From an uncultured Pirellulaceae bacterium (lineage in GTDB: Bacteria; Planctomycetota; Planctomycetia; Pirellulales; Pirellulaceae): DNA of 64,000 nt. Of the stretch, positions 1 through 9,460 are shown piece by piece (the first letter of the stretch is position 1; each line of letters starts with the position of its first letter). The position numbers and the translations under genes were made by a program. Location: the NCBI GenBank assembly GCA_964477385.1, contig CAYZHQ010000012.1:21180-85179 (forward strand), in the 5' to 3' direction. The notes beneath the pieces were generated by a model. It saw only the letters and a program-made list of their open reading frames with translations. It had not been told where the DNA came from and made no database searches.

Positions 1-1
1 T

Positions 2-532
2 GGTTTGCTGGGACTGGATTTGCTCCGTTGTGGATCCGCCAAAAAAGCGCTCGACAAAGCGATGGCGGAATTGGAAAACACCCGTTACGAGGGTGTGAAT
101 ATCTGTATCGCCGACGCCAAAGATGGCTGGGTGGTGCATGTTGATGAGCAGACCGATGTGGTTCAATTGCAGGAAGGTCTGAATATCATTGGGGCTCGGG
201 ACGTGAACGACCCGACGGATGAACGAGTGCAGATGGCGCGCCGTTTGTTGACTTTGCAAATGCTTGATTCACCGGTGAAATTTTTGGCCGTTGCGAGCAA
301 AGTTTTCGCTCGAGCCCCCACCGGACCGGGTCGGCCGAGCATGGTTCTCCGCGGTAAGGAGCATGGCACCGTCAGCAGCACGTTGATCGCCCTGGGGATT
401 AAGCCCCGGGATGCGATTTATCAGTTCGCTAGCGGTGCTCCCGATCAGACGAAGTTCGAGGATTATTCCCCGATGCTGCGTGATATTCTCAGTCGCGGGC
501 TGCGTGAATCACGGACCAAGGTTCGAGCCTAA
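2..532 (+). CDS. NRDE/TANGO2-family protein, 5'-truncated by window edge
   Basis: Frame is open from the window start. The C-terminal HGTVSSTLIAL...YQFASGAP pattern resembles the NRDE YGTRSST motif. Confidence 0.65.
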   Translation, partial: GLLGLDLLRCGSAKKALDKAMAELENTRYEGVNICIADAKDGWVVHVDEQTDVVQLQEGLNIIGARDVNDPTDERVQMARRLLTLQMLDSPVKFLAVASKVFARAPTGPGRPSMVLRGKEHGTVSSTLIALGIKPRDAIYQFASGAPDQTKFEDYSPMLRDILSRGLRESRTKVRA

Positions 533-757
533 CGGTCGTCCCACCGCTGATTGTTTCCGGCTACCAAAGGTAGGTCGGCCACTGTTTTAGTGGCCGGCCG
601 CTGGTTCTCGACTGCACCGGCCCACCCCGCTGCGCTCTTTTGGACTCGGTTCGAGTCGCCCAGCTAAGCTTTTCGCTTCGGCTTTTCGAAACCTGGGCAA
701 GCTGCTAATCTGCTGGACTCAAACCCACTACCCAGTTTCCTCTTATTCATCAAAATC

Positions 758-856
758 ATGGCAAAACCGCACCGTAAGTTGAAAAAAGCCAATCACGGTA
801 AACGCCCCGCTAACGCGAAGGCTCGGAAGGCTCGACGTAAGAAGCTGAAGACTTAA
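758..856 (+). CDS. Small basic protein, 50S ribosomal protein bL37-like (32 aa)
   Basis: Hand translation MAKPHRKLKKANHGKRPANAKARKARRKKLKT*. It contains KANHGKRP, as recalled for mycobacterial bL37. Too short for the ORF track. Confidence 0.8.
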   Translation: MAKPHRKLKKANHGKRPANAKARKARRKKLKT

Positions 857-1099
857 GCTCCGTATTTTGCTCGGTGGGACGATCGAGGGCCAGCGAGTGA
901 AGAACCAATTTGCCCTGCTTTGGTTCGATCTGAATGACCGCTAGGCTGGTTTTGGGTGGGTGGCTGTTGGCTCATCCTCGGTGTGTGCTGGTCAACGATC
1001 CCAGCTTGTCCTTTGATAAACGTTGTCGCCATGCTCTCTTGTCAGGGCTGGCAAGTCACTTTACCGATTCACTTTGTGTCTAACGCCGGAGTGCCGCTG

Positions 1100-1618
1100 G
1101 TGGGAACATCCGACTTCATCATCGATCTCGCTCGGCTCGATTTTGATGCGCCGATTGCGGGAATCGAAGAGATTCGTAAATTCAATCCGCAGCGCTTCGA
1201 AATGGAGCAATTGACGTCGATCTTGTGTGAGTGCAAAGAGACGCAGGCGTGTGCGGCCTACAAGCAGTTGACCGATGACGAATTTTGGGTTCGTGGCCAC
1301 ATGCCGGGGATGCCATTGATGCCAGGAGTCATGATCCTGGAAGCGGCCGCGCAATTAGCGAGCTATTTCACCCAGAAGAACGATCTGCTGGGAGCCGCCA
1401 TGGTTGGCTTCGGCGGCCTGGATAATGTTCGCTTTCGCGGTGTTGTAACGCCCGGTTCAAAGTTAATCGTGATGGTGCGACTCGATCGTGTCCGACGAGG
1501 CCGCATGATTGTTGCCCCTTTCCAGGGGGTGGTCGACGGTAGCCTCGTTGCCGAAGGGGTGCTGCGAGGCATTCCGATTCCGACCGAAGCCCTCAATGAG
1601 CAGATGTCGAAGTCCTGA
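1100..1618 (+). CDS. 3-hydroxyacyl-ACP dehydratase, FabA/FabZ family
   Basis: GHMPGMPLMPGVMILEAAAQ and VRFRGVVTPG match FabZ hot-dog motifs. Start uncertain (GTG at 1091 or 1100). Confidence 0.85.
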   Translation: MGTSDFIIDLARLDFDAPIAGIEEIRKFNPQRFEMEQLTSILCECKETQACAAYKQLTDDEFWVRGHMPGMPLMPGVMILEAAAQLASYFTQKNDLLGAAMVGFGGLDNVRFRGVVTPGSKLIVMVRLDRVRRGRMIVAPFQGVVDGSLVAEGVLRGIPIPTEALNEQMSKS

Positions 1619-1692
1619 CGCTGGTGCGGAACCGAGCGGGACACACTCTAGAGGCTGGCGTCGCCGGATGGCTAGCTGGCGTTGCCTGAGAG

Positions 1693-2712
1693 CTAACGAG
1701 GGATGCTTGCTGCGGTGGCCGGTGTCACACTGCCCGTGACTAGCAGTTCCGTGAAGTGATCGTTGGGTAGATCGGACACGATGCGGACTTTCTGAGCCAC
1801 CGGAGTTGCCTTATCGTCGGCCTCAAAGCGAAGCGGTAAGAAGTGAATTTTCTTCTTGCCTGCCGGTTTTTCGAAACTGAAACGGGGATCGGCACAGACG
1901 ACTTTCGCGATGGCGAACGGGGTTTCGGCTCGCACAATCAAACGCCGCTCATAGGACTCTCCCGCTCTAACCGCCCCCATACTGACGGAGGCAGGGCTGA
2001 CGCTTAGTGAGGGGCGGATGGTTCCTCCGACGCACATTTCGACCGTTGGGGATTGCTGGTCGTTGGTGACCAACGTCAACTGCTCGCGAAGTTCCCCCGC
2101 GGGCATTGTATCTTTCAGCTTTAGCGTCAGGTTATATTTAATCGCATTGGTCATCCGTACCGGTTCGGACAGCTTGACCTGAAGGTCGGCACAGTGACTG
2201 CGGACGTCGGTGATTCTCCAGTCGGTGCGATTCAGTCGCGTTACCGAGAGTTGGATTTCTTTTGCTTCGCCTTCCCTAATCTCGCCAAAGTCGGCTTCTG
2301 GTGGATCGAAGATCACATCGGTGCGGATGAACCCAGCGACGGTCAACTGGACTTCTGCGAAAAACGGACGATCAAAAACCACCGTAATGGTGGCCGCTTT
2401 TTGTCCCGTGAAAGAAGATGTGTTAAAAGTTGCGACGATGGCCGACTTTTCTCGCGATTTCAGCGTTGTTTGGGTGACCGATGGCGTGGTGCATCCACAA
2501 CTGCTACGCACGGCCGACACATGGACATCTTCCTGGTAGAGATTTTCAAACTCAAAGTGGTGTTCGACTTTGGCTCCGCGAGCAACGGCACGGAAATCGT
2601 GACTCGTCGATTTGAACATCTTTCTTGCCCACTCTTGACCGGAGAGCGTGCAAGGTGCCCAGCAAATGACCAGGGACACGGCAAGGACCATGCTGCGGAT
2701 GAGACTGCTCAT
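1693..2712 (-). CDS. DUF1573 domain secreted protein (Ig-like repeats)
   Basis: Signal peptide, HDF...HFEFEN, and the SSCGCT motif typical of DUF1573. Confidence 0.85.
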   Translation of the reverse strand: MSSLIRSMVLAVSLVICWAPCTLSGQEWARKMFKSTSHDFRAVARGAKVEHHFEFENLYQEDVHVSAVRSSCGCTTPSVTQTTLKSREKSAIVATFNTSSFTGQKAATITVVFDRPFFAEVQLTVAGFIRTDVIFDPPEADFGEIREGEAKEIQLSVTRLNRTDWRITDVRSHCADLQVKLSEPVRMTNAIKYNLTLKLKDTMPAGELREQLTLVTNDQQSPTVEMCVGGTIRPSLSVSPASVSMGAVRAGESYERRLIVRAETPFAIAKVVCADPRFSFEKPAGKKKIHFLPLRFEADDKATPVAQKVRIVSDLPNDHFTELLVTGSVTPATAASIPR

Positions 2713-2973
2713 TGCTTTCTGATACAGTTTAGTCGGAGGAGGGAAGCTTCGCCCGAGGCCAAAAACGCCATGGCTGTGGGGTTGTAGGATAAGGATTATG
2801 GCTGTGGATTAAAAGATTGCTTTCGTGGCTCTCCAGTGGTGTCCCGGTTGCTGGTCGACTTGCTAGTATCTGAGCAGGGCTTGATCAAACGCCTGATCAG
2901 AGCGCTCAGCAAGGGCCGATTCATGCTTCAGGAATTTCCTTTTCAACTTTTGCCGAACGAATTGCCGAACAAT

Positions 2974-4044
2974 ATGAGTCCTGAATGCGATGAGAGTGTT
3001 GACCAAGAGGCCTTTGTCCAGGTTTCCGGTTTGACAAAACGTTACGGAGACTTCTGTGCCCTGCGGGAATGCACTTTGTCGGTTCGGAAGGGGGTCGTCT
3101 TTGGCTTGCTGGGTCCCAATGGCGCTGGGAAAACGACGTTGTTGAGGCTCTTGTTGGGGTACCTGTTTCCCACGTCGGGCAAAGCGACCATCGACGGTCT
3201 GGATGTGACGCACGAGAGTGTCGCGGTCCGGCGGTTGGTGTCGTACCTTCCGGGCGATGCAAGGCTGCCACGACACATGCGTGGTCGCAGTGTATTGGAA
3301 TTTTTTGCGGAGATGCAGCCCGAGGGCGACCTCTCGCGTTCGCTAGCGATCGCCGATCAGCTAGAGCTGGATTTGCGCCGTCGGGTCGCTTTCATGTCGA
3401 CCGGCATGCGGCAAAAGCTCGCGTTAGCGGTGGTGATGGGAGCTCGTACGCCACTGCTGATTTTGGACGAACCGACGGCGAATCTGGACCCGTCGGTGCG
3501 GACGACCATTTTGCGGATGGTGGCCGAAGCGCAGTCCGAAGGCCGCACCATTATTTTTTCATCGCACGTATTGGCGGAGATCGAGGAGGTCTGTAATCGG
3601 GTCATCTTTCTGCGGCAAGGGATTGTGGCTCGCCACCAAAGGATGGATGCGCTGAAGCAGCGGCATCGGATTGTCGCCCAGCTTGATGTCGCACCGCCGG
3701 CACCAGAGCCCTCGAGTGCATCGTCGTCTCAGCCGCTGGGCAGCGAATCGCCGGGAGCGGTCAAGCAGGCCCACGCGGCGTCGGGTGAGCTGCCTTTCGA
3801 AATTCCTGTGTCGCTGCGGGCGCTAGTCGAAGTCAGCACGTTCACGCCCCCGGCCGAGCCTCGAACGTTGTGGGTTCGAATGGATACCGCGGGCGATCTG
3901 TCGCCGCTGCTTGGTTGGTTGGATTCCCTGCGACTCCGCCGCATGCGGGTCGAGCCGCTGGGCTTGCGGGCGATTTACGATGAGGTTCACCATTTGAAAA
4001 CCGCGGACGACAAGCACGCCGCTGCGTTAGGAGCGTCCGCATGA
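2974..4044 (+). CDS. ABC transporter ATP-binding protein (ABC-2 type)
   Basis: Walker A GPNGAGKT, signature MSTGMRQK, Walker B LLILDEP, H-loop SSH. Start uncertain. Confidence 0.92.
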   Translation: MSPECDESVDQEAFVQVSGLTKRYGDFCALRECTLSVRKGVVFGLLGPNGAGKTTLLRLLLGYLFPTSGKATIDGLDVTHESVAVRRLVSYLPGDARLPRHMRGRSVLEFFAEMQPEGDLSRSLAIADQLELDLRRRVAFMSTGMRQKLALAVVMGARTPLLILDEPTANLDPSVRTTILRMVAEAQSEGRTIIFSSHVLAEIEEVCNRVIFLRQGIVARHQRMDALKQRHRIVAQLDVAPPAPEPSSASSSQPLGSESPGAVKQAHAASGELPFEIPVSLRALVEVSTFTPPAEPRTLWVRMDTAGDLSPLLGWLDSLRLRRMRVEPLGLRAIYDEVHHLKTADDKHAAALGASA

Positions 4045-5003
4045 TCGATCGCGTGCTATGTAAAAAGTACGTGGGGCAGTCTTCCCTGCTGTGGGCTTCC
4101 TGTGCGGCGGCGTTGTTCTCGTTTGCCTGGGTGCGTGTCTGGGTGGTCAGCCTGCTGGACATGCAGCAGTTCAGTACCGTCCTGGAGCAATTTCGCGACT
4201 TTGAAAAATTCTCCCCGATCAAGTTTGATCAGTTGATCACCTACGTTGGACGGGTGGGGGCCACATTTGATGAACCGATTATTGTGCTGTGTATCGCGGT
4301 TTGGTGTGTGGCTCGCGGTTCCGATGTGATTAGCGGTGAACTTGGACGCGGCACTTTGGAGATGCTACTCGCCCAGCCCATCAGCCGCACGCGGCTGTTG
4401 CTCTCTCATGCGTTTGTTTCGACACTCGGCTTGCTGGGGCTGGTGCTGTTGGTCTGGGCTGGGATGTGGATCGGGATTCAGGTTACGGAGTTTGAGGAAA
4501 CGGTGGCTCCGCCTTCGGTGCGGGTCCCCTTTTTCGGGTTTGAAATTCCGTTGTCGAGCGATGCTCCCGAGAAGGTAACGGTGTCGATGTCTGAGCGAGT
4601 GGACGCGGGGCTGTTTGCCGGTAGTGTGGTCAACTTGTTTGCCTTCGGATTCTTTCTGCTCGGGTTAAGCACGATGGTGAGCAGTTGCGATCGTTACCGT
4701 TGGCGAACCATTGGGGCGGTGATTGCCTTCTACATTTTTCAAACGGTGATGTACGGGCTGGGGAAAGCGGCCGAACAGCTCGCTTGGTTGGAGCACCTCA
4801 CTTTCCTCACCTGTTATCGTCCGCAACAGTTAACGCTCGCTGCGATGGAGGAAACCGGTGGTGGCGTATGGCGATTAATGCCGCAAGAAGAAGAGGTGCT
4901 GGGGCCGATGATGTTCCCCTTAATTCTGCTGCTGCTGGGGCTGGTCGCCTACATCATCGCGGTTCAGATTTTCCGGCGTCGCGATCTGCCGGCACCGCTC
5001 TAA
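4041..5003 (+). CDS. ABC-2 type permease
   Basis: Multiple hydrophobic segments, GELGRGTLEMLLAQPISR motif, C-terminal FRRRDLP, ATGA overlap with the ATPase gene. Confidence 0.9.
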   Translation: MIDRVLCKKYVGQSSLLWASCAAALFSFAWVRVWVVSLLDMQQFSTVLEQFRDFEKFSPIKFDQLITYVGRVGATFDEPIIVLCIAVWCVARGSDVISGELGRGTLEMLLAQPISRTRLLLSHAFVSTLGLLGLVLLVWAGMWIGIQVTEFEETVAPPSVRVPFFGFEIPLSSDAPEKVTVSMSERVDAGLFAGSVVNLFAFGFFLLGLSTMVSSCDRYRWRTIGAVIAFYIFQTVMYGLGKAAEQLAWLEHLTFLTCYRPQQLTLAAMEETGGGVWRLMPQEEEVLGPMMFPLILLLLGLVAYIIAVQIFRRRDLPAPL

Positions 5004-5193
5004 GCTGGAAAGCCTCGCCGCTGTCGATTTACCGTTCGGCTGCGTTGGCTGGATCTGCTTTGCGATTCGGTAGACCGTTGGGATGCGGTTGGGGGCGTCG
5101 GCAGGCTTCTCTGTCGAAAGGTCGTCTTGGCCTTTCGCTTTGGGTTAAAATGACGTCTCTCTCCCGCTTCACGCTCTCACCTGCTGATCACCG

Positions 5194-8013
5194 ATGAAAT
5201 GGACAACCGGCTTTTTCGCCTGGCTGCTGCTTGTCTTGCTGGACGCTTTCGCACCCGTTTCGGGGGCCGCTGCCGACTCGCCGCCGCTTGATTACAACCG
5301 CGATGTCTGGCCGATTTTCCGAGCCCACTGTGTCGGCTGCCATACCAGTGACGATCCTGAAGGAGGCTTGAATATGCAAGATTTTCAAGCTTTCGCCGTT
5401 GGCGGTGAGCATGGTCCCGCGTTCACGCCGGGGGTTCCTGCGAGCAGTCGGCTGCTGCGGATGGCGGCCGGCAAACAGCAACCGGTCATGCCGCCCGAAG
5501 GAGACGAGCCGCTGACGGTGCAGCAGCTTGACATCTTGACGGCTTGGATCGAACAGGGCGCCGGTGGTCCCTCTGGCAACACGGCACCGACGATGCTGCG
5601 GACTCCGGAAATCCCCGCCAACAGCACGTTGCGTCCCGTCACCGCACTTGCGATTTCACCCGCCGGCACCCAAGTTGCCATGGCGCGTTTTGGCGAAGTC
5701 GAGATCCGTGATCGCCAATTAAAAAACGTATTGCAAACGATCACGATTCCTGCCGGCAAGATCAACGCTCTGCAGTTCGACGCGAGCGGCGAACGGTTGC
5801 TGATTGCCGGAGGAATTTCGGGGCTGGAAGGCCATGCGGAAATACGCCAGCTTTCCACGGGGCAGCGTGTCGCGGTCTTTAACGGGCACCGTGATGCATT
5901 ATTCGATGCGCGTTTCAGCCCGGCAGGCGATACTTTGGCAACGGCCGGTTACGATCGCAAGATCATGCTGTGGGACATCGCTTCCGAATCGGTTTTGCAC
6001 ACGATCGAAGGTCACAACGGCGCGATTTATCAATTGGCTTATTCCGCCGACGGAAGTTTGTTAGCCACTGCAAGCGCCGACGAGACCGTCAAAATCTGGA
6101 ATGCGCAAACGGGGCAGCGTCTCGATACCTTGCCGCAGCCCCAAGGCGAAGTCTTTGCCGTGACGTTCACGCCCGATGATGAACGGTTGATCGCGGCGAG
6201 TGCGGATAATCGCTTTCGGGCTTGGCAGGTTTTGTCGCGACGAGCTCCGCAAATCAATCCTTTGTTGGTGACTCGTTTTGCAGACGAGGCACCGCTGACG
6301 CATGCGGCGATTTCCTTGGATGGCAAAAGATTGGTCGTCGTCAGCGAAGGTGGCAACCTAAAAACCTTTCGAACCGACGATTGGACCAATCTATCGGAAA
6401 CCGTTTCGCTTGGTGATACGGCCAGTGATCTGCAGCTCACTGCCGACGGAAGCGAGGCCATCGTTTCCTTGATGAACGGCGAAGTCCGGCGGGTGGATTT
6501 ACCCGCGTTTGTGGAATCTGCCGCTGCTGCATCACAGGCAAGCACCGTCACGCCTGTCTATGTGCAGTTGGCTGCGGCGACCGAAGTGACTGAAACGCGG
6601 TTTGCGGCCGATTGGGCGGAGCAGAAAGCCAGGGCTGCGACTTACCATGGGCCGCGGGGCTTTCGGGTGGCGGGCGTCATTCAGCCTGACGAGGCGGGGA
6701 TTGGGGAGACCGATCGCTATCGCTTTCACGCCCGGCAAGGCGAAGTCTGGGTCGTCGAGACCGAGGCGGCGGCGATCCAGTCACCACTCGACACCATTGT
6801 CGAGGTCTTCGATGGCCGCAGTGAAGCTCCGTTAATCGCGGCGCGGTTGCAAGCCGTACGAGATAGCTACTTCACGTTCCGAGGCAAAGATAGCACCCAG
6901 TCGGGCGACTTTCGGTTATTTGCATGGGAGGAAATGGAGCTGAATGATTATCTCTATGCGGCGGGCGAAGTCACCAAGCTGTGGATGTACCCGCGGGGGC
7001 CGGACAGTGGTTTTAATGTTTATCCAGGTGCTGGCCAGCGTTGGACCTATTTTGGTACCTCGGGCGTCTCGCATGCCTTGGGCGAGCCGGCTTACATCGT
7101 TCGCCCTTTGCCGAACGGCGTCCCTCCCTCTGCCAACGGCTTGCCGGTCTTTGAGGTCCCTGTTGCAAACGACGATGATCCTCGTCGCCGTCGGGGCACC
7201 GATAGCCAGGTGATTTTTACCGCGCCTCGTGATGGAAGCTTTGTCGTCGCGGTGCGTGATGCGCGCGGAGAGGGTGGCCAAGCCTATCGCTACAAGCTGA
7301 CGGCTCGTCCCGCGGCACCCCATTTTGTTCCTCGCATCCAGGTCGGCGATAAACCGATCCCGCCGGGCGCGGGGCGTGAATTGTCCCTTAAAATTGATCG
7401 TATCGATGGCTTTGCAGGGTCCGTTCAATTTGAGCTGGGAGGGTTACCGGAGGGACTGCATGTCACTTCACCGGTGACAATCGAAGCGGGGCAGAACGAA
7501 GCCTTTGCGACGATCTGGGCGGAGGCGCGCTTGACCGCGGCCGACGTTCCAGAACCCGCCCCATTGATCGTGATTGCGAGTGCGGACATCGTCGGACGCA
7601 GGGTGGAACTGGAGGTGCCTGTCAAGACACGCTTTACCGTGGGCGAAGCTCCTCCGCTGACGCTGCAGATTTTACCGATCGACCGCGATGTCGAGCTAGC
7701 GGAAAACTGGACGCTGACGTTGCGTCCAGGCGAAACCGTACGAGCACGGGTGAAGGCAACACGCAAGGGCCATCAAGGGGAGATCGCGTTGGGCAAAGAA
7801 ACGGCTGGACGAAACACCGCGCACGGTGTCTTTGTCGACAACATCGGACTGAGCGGTCTGTTGATTACCGCCGACGCCGATCAGCGAGAATTTTTTCTGA
7901 CCGCCGCGCCGATCACTGCCCCCGGCGAACGAAGCTTCTTCTTAAAGTCCAACGTGCAAGGTGGCATCACCACTCCGCCAATCACCCTCAAGGTGTTGGA
8001 CATCAAGCGATGA
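5194..8013 (+). CDS. Planctomycete cytochrome c + WD40 repeat + PPC-like domain protein
   Basis: Signal peptide, CVGCH heme motif with MPP...WI..GA, WD40 repeats (GH..ALFDARFSP..ATAGYDRKIMLWD), and DRYRF/NDDD..DS pre-peptidase-like segments. Confidence 0.88.
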   Translation: MKWTTGFFAWLLLVLLDAFAPVSGAAADSPPLDYNRDVWPIFRAHCVGCHTSDDPEGGLNMQDFQAFAVGGEHGPAFTPGVPASSRLLRMAAGKQQPVMPPEGDEPLTVQQLDILTAWIEQGAGGPSGNTAPTMLRTPEIPANSTLRPVTALAISPAGTQVAMARFGEVEIRDRQLKNVLQTITIPAGKINALQFDASGERLLIAGGISGLEGHAEIRQLSTGQRVAVFNGHRDALFDARFSPAGDTLATAGYDRKIMLWDIASESVLHTIEGHNGAIYQLAYSADGSLLATASADETVKIWNAQTGQRLDTLPQPQGEVFAVTFTPDDERLIAASADNRFRAWQVLSRRAPQINPLLVTRFADEAPLTHAAISLDGKRLVVVSEGGNLKTFRTDDWTNLSETVSLGDTASDLQLTADGSEAIVSLMNGEVRRVDLPAFVESAAAASQASTVTPVYVQLAAATEVTETRFAADWAEQKARAATYHGPRGFRVAGVIQPDEAGIGETDRYRFHARQGEVWVVETEAAAIQSPLDTIVEVFDGRSEAPLIAARLQAVRDSYFTFRGKDSTQSGDFRLFAWEEMELNDYLYAAGEVTKLWMYPRGPDSGFNVYPGAGQRWTYFGTSGVSHALGEPAYIVRPLPNGVPPSANGLPVFEVPVANDDDPRRRRGTDSQVIFTAPRDGSFVVAVRDARGEGGQAYRYKLTARPAAPHFVPRIQVGDKPIPPGAGRELSLKIDRIDGFAGSVQFELGGLPEGLHVTSPVTIEAGQNEAFATIWAEARLTAADVPEPAPLIVIASADIVGRRVELEVPVKTRFTVGEAPPLTLQILPIDRDVELAENWTLTLRPGETVRARVKATRKGHQGEIALGKETAGRNTAHGVFVDNIGLSGLLITADADQREFFLTAAPITAPGERSFFLKSNVQGGITTPPITLKVLDIKR

Positions 8014-9460
8014 CCGCTTCGATCAAGTGTCCTTTGACATCCGTCAAACGCATGTCCCTTCCGCCAAATCGAAACGTCGATCGCGTGTGATCGACACCCA
8101 ACAGGTGCAGCATGGTCGCGTGCAGATCGTGGATCTCCGCACGATTTTCCACCGCCTTGTATCCCCACTCATCGGTTGCACCGTAGACCGTGCCCGCTTT
8201 GACTCCGCCGCCGGCCATCCAGATGGTAAAGCCAAACGGATTGTGGTCTCTGCCGTTAGCGCCTTGCGCGAACGGAGTGCGTCCGAACTCGCCGGCCCAG
8301 ACCACCAGCGTCTTGTCGAGTAAGCCTCGCTGACGCAGGTCCTTGAGCAGCGCCGCGATCGGTTGGTCGACTGCAAGAGCGTTGTTTTCGTGGCCTTGCT
8401 TCAGGTTGTTGTGTTGGTCCCAGCGGTCACCGCCGACCTGGGGACAAGTCAACTCGACAAACCGGACGCCACGTTCGACCAAGCGTCGCGCGAGTAAGCA
8501 TTCGGCGCCGTAGATTTGAGTCGGCTTGTATTTGGAGTCCAGACCATACATCGACTGTATACTTTGTGGCTCGTCGTCAACAGACATCAATTCGGGCACG
8601 GCCATTTGCATGGCGTAGGCCAGTTCGTAGTTCTTGATCGCGGACTCCAGGCTGTCATGGCTGCCAAATTGTTCCGTGGCCATGCCATCGAGTTGTCGCA
8701 CCAAATCGAGCTTGTTCTCTTGGCGTTTGGCGGTCGGTTCGTTACGGCGAACATTGGCGACCGCCGTTCCGGAAGGCTTGAAGACCGATCCTTGAAAGCT
8801 GGCCGGCAAGAAACCGCTACCAAAGCAATCGAGGCCGCCGGGCGGAATCAGGCCTCCGTTAATCGCCACAAATCCAGGTAGGTTTTGGCATTCGCTGCCC
8901 AGGCCATAGTTGACCCATGCGCCCATACTGGGACGGCCTTGCAGACCGCTGCCGGTGTGCAGGAAGTAGTTAGCAAAGGTGTGTTCGGGAAATTCAGAAA
9001 CCATGGACCGAATCACCGCCAGCTCGTCAGCGCAAGTGGCTACATGCGGAAACAGATCGCTGACCGGCAAACCGGACTCGCCGTACTGCTGAAATTTCCA
9101 AGGACTGGCCAAGACCTTTCCGTTGTTATTGAACTGTGTCGGTTCCACGGTGAAGAACTCGCCTGGATTCTTGCCGTTGTATTTGTCGAGCATTGGTTTG
9201 GGGTCAAACGTATCGACTTGGGAAGGTCCGCCATCCATATACAAAAAGATGACATGTTCGGCCCTTGCCGGAAAATGGGGGCCGTGACCAGCGACGCCGT
9301 TGTCAGCCGGGACGCCCGCGTTGTTCGCAAACGCTCGGTCGCCCAGCAGTGCCGCTAACGCGACTCCCCCAAATCCCGAGGCGCCACGCATCAGCATCTC
9401 GCGACGCGAAACGGAGACGGGACGATACTGTTCGCAAGGAAAGCTTGTTCGGTGTCTCAT
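8003..9460 (-). CDS. DUF1501 domain protein (Tat-exported, sulfatase-like)
   Basis: SRREML twin-arginine, MDGGPSQVDTFDPKP, WDQH, GEFGRTP, GRDH. ATG 9460 overlaps the upstream stop. Confidence 0.93.
   Translation of the reverse strand: MRHRTSFPCEQYRPVSVSRREMLMRGASGFGGVALAALLGDRAFANNAGVPADNGVAGHGPHFPARAEHVIFLYMDGGPSQVDTFDPKPMLDKYNGKNPGEFFTVEPTQFNNNGKVLASPWKFQQYGESGLPVSDLFPHVATCADELAVIRSMVSEFPEHTFANYFLHTGSGLQGRPSMGAWVNYGLGSECQNLPGFVAINGGLIPPGGLDCFGSGFLPASFQGSVFKPSGTAVANVRRNEPTAKRQENKLDLVRQLDGMATEQFGSHDSLESAIKNYELAYAMQMAVPELMSVDDEPQSIQSMYGLDSKYKPTQIYGAECLLARRLVERGVRFVELTCPQVGGDRWDQHNNLKQGHENNALAVDQPIAALLKDLRQRGLLDKTLVVWAGEFGRTPFAQGANGRDHNPFGFTIWMAGGGVKAGTVYGATDEWGYKAVENRAEIHDLHATMLHLLGVDHTRSTFRFGGRDMRLTDVKGHLIEAVIA

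Noticed and set aside
643..700. GGTTCGAGTC resembling a tRNA T-loop
   Set aside because: No acceptor, D or anticodon stems and no CCA; only a small GACTC/GAGTC hairpin.
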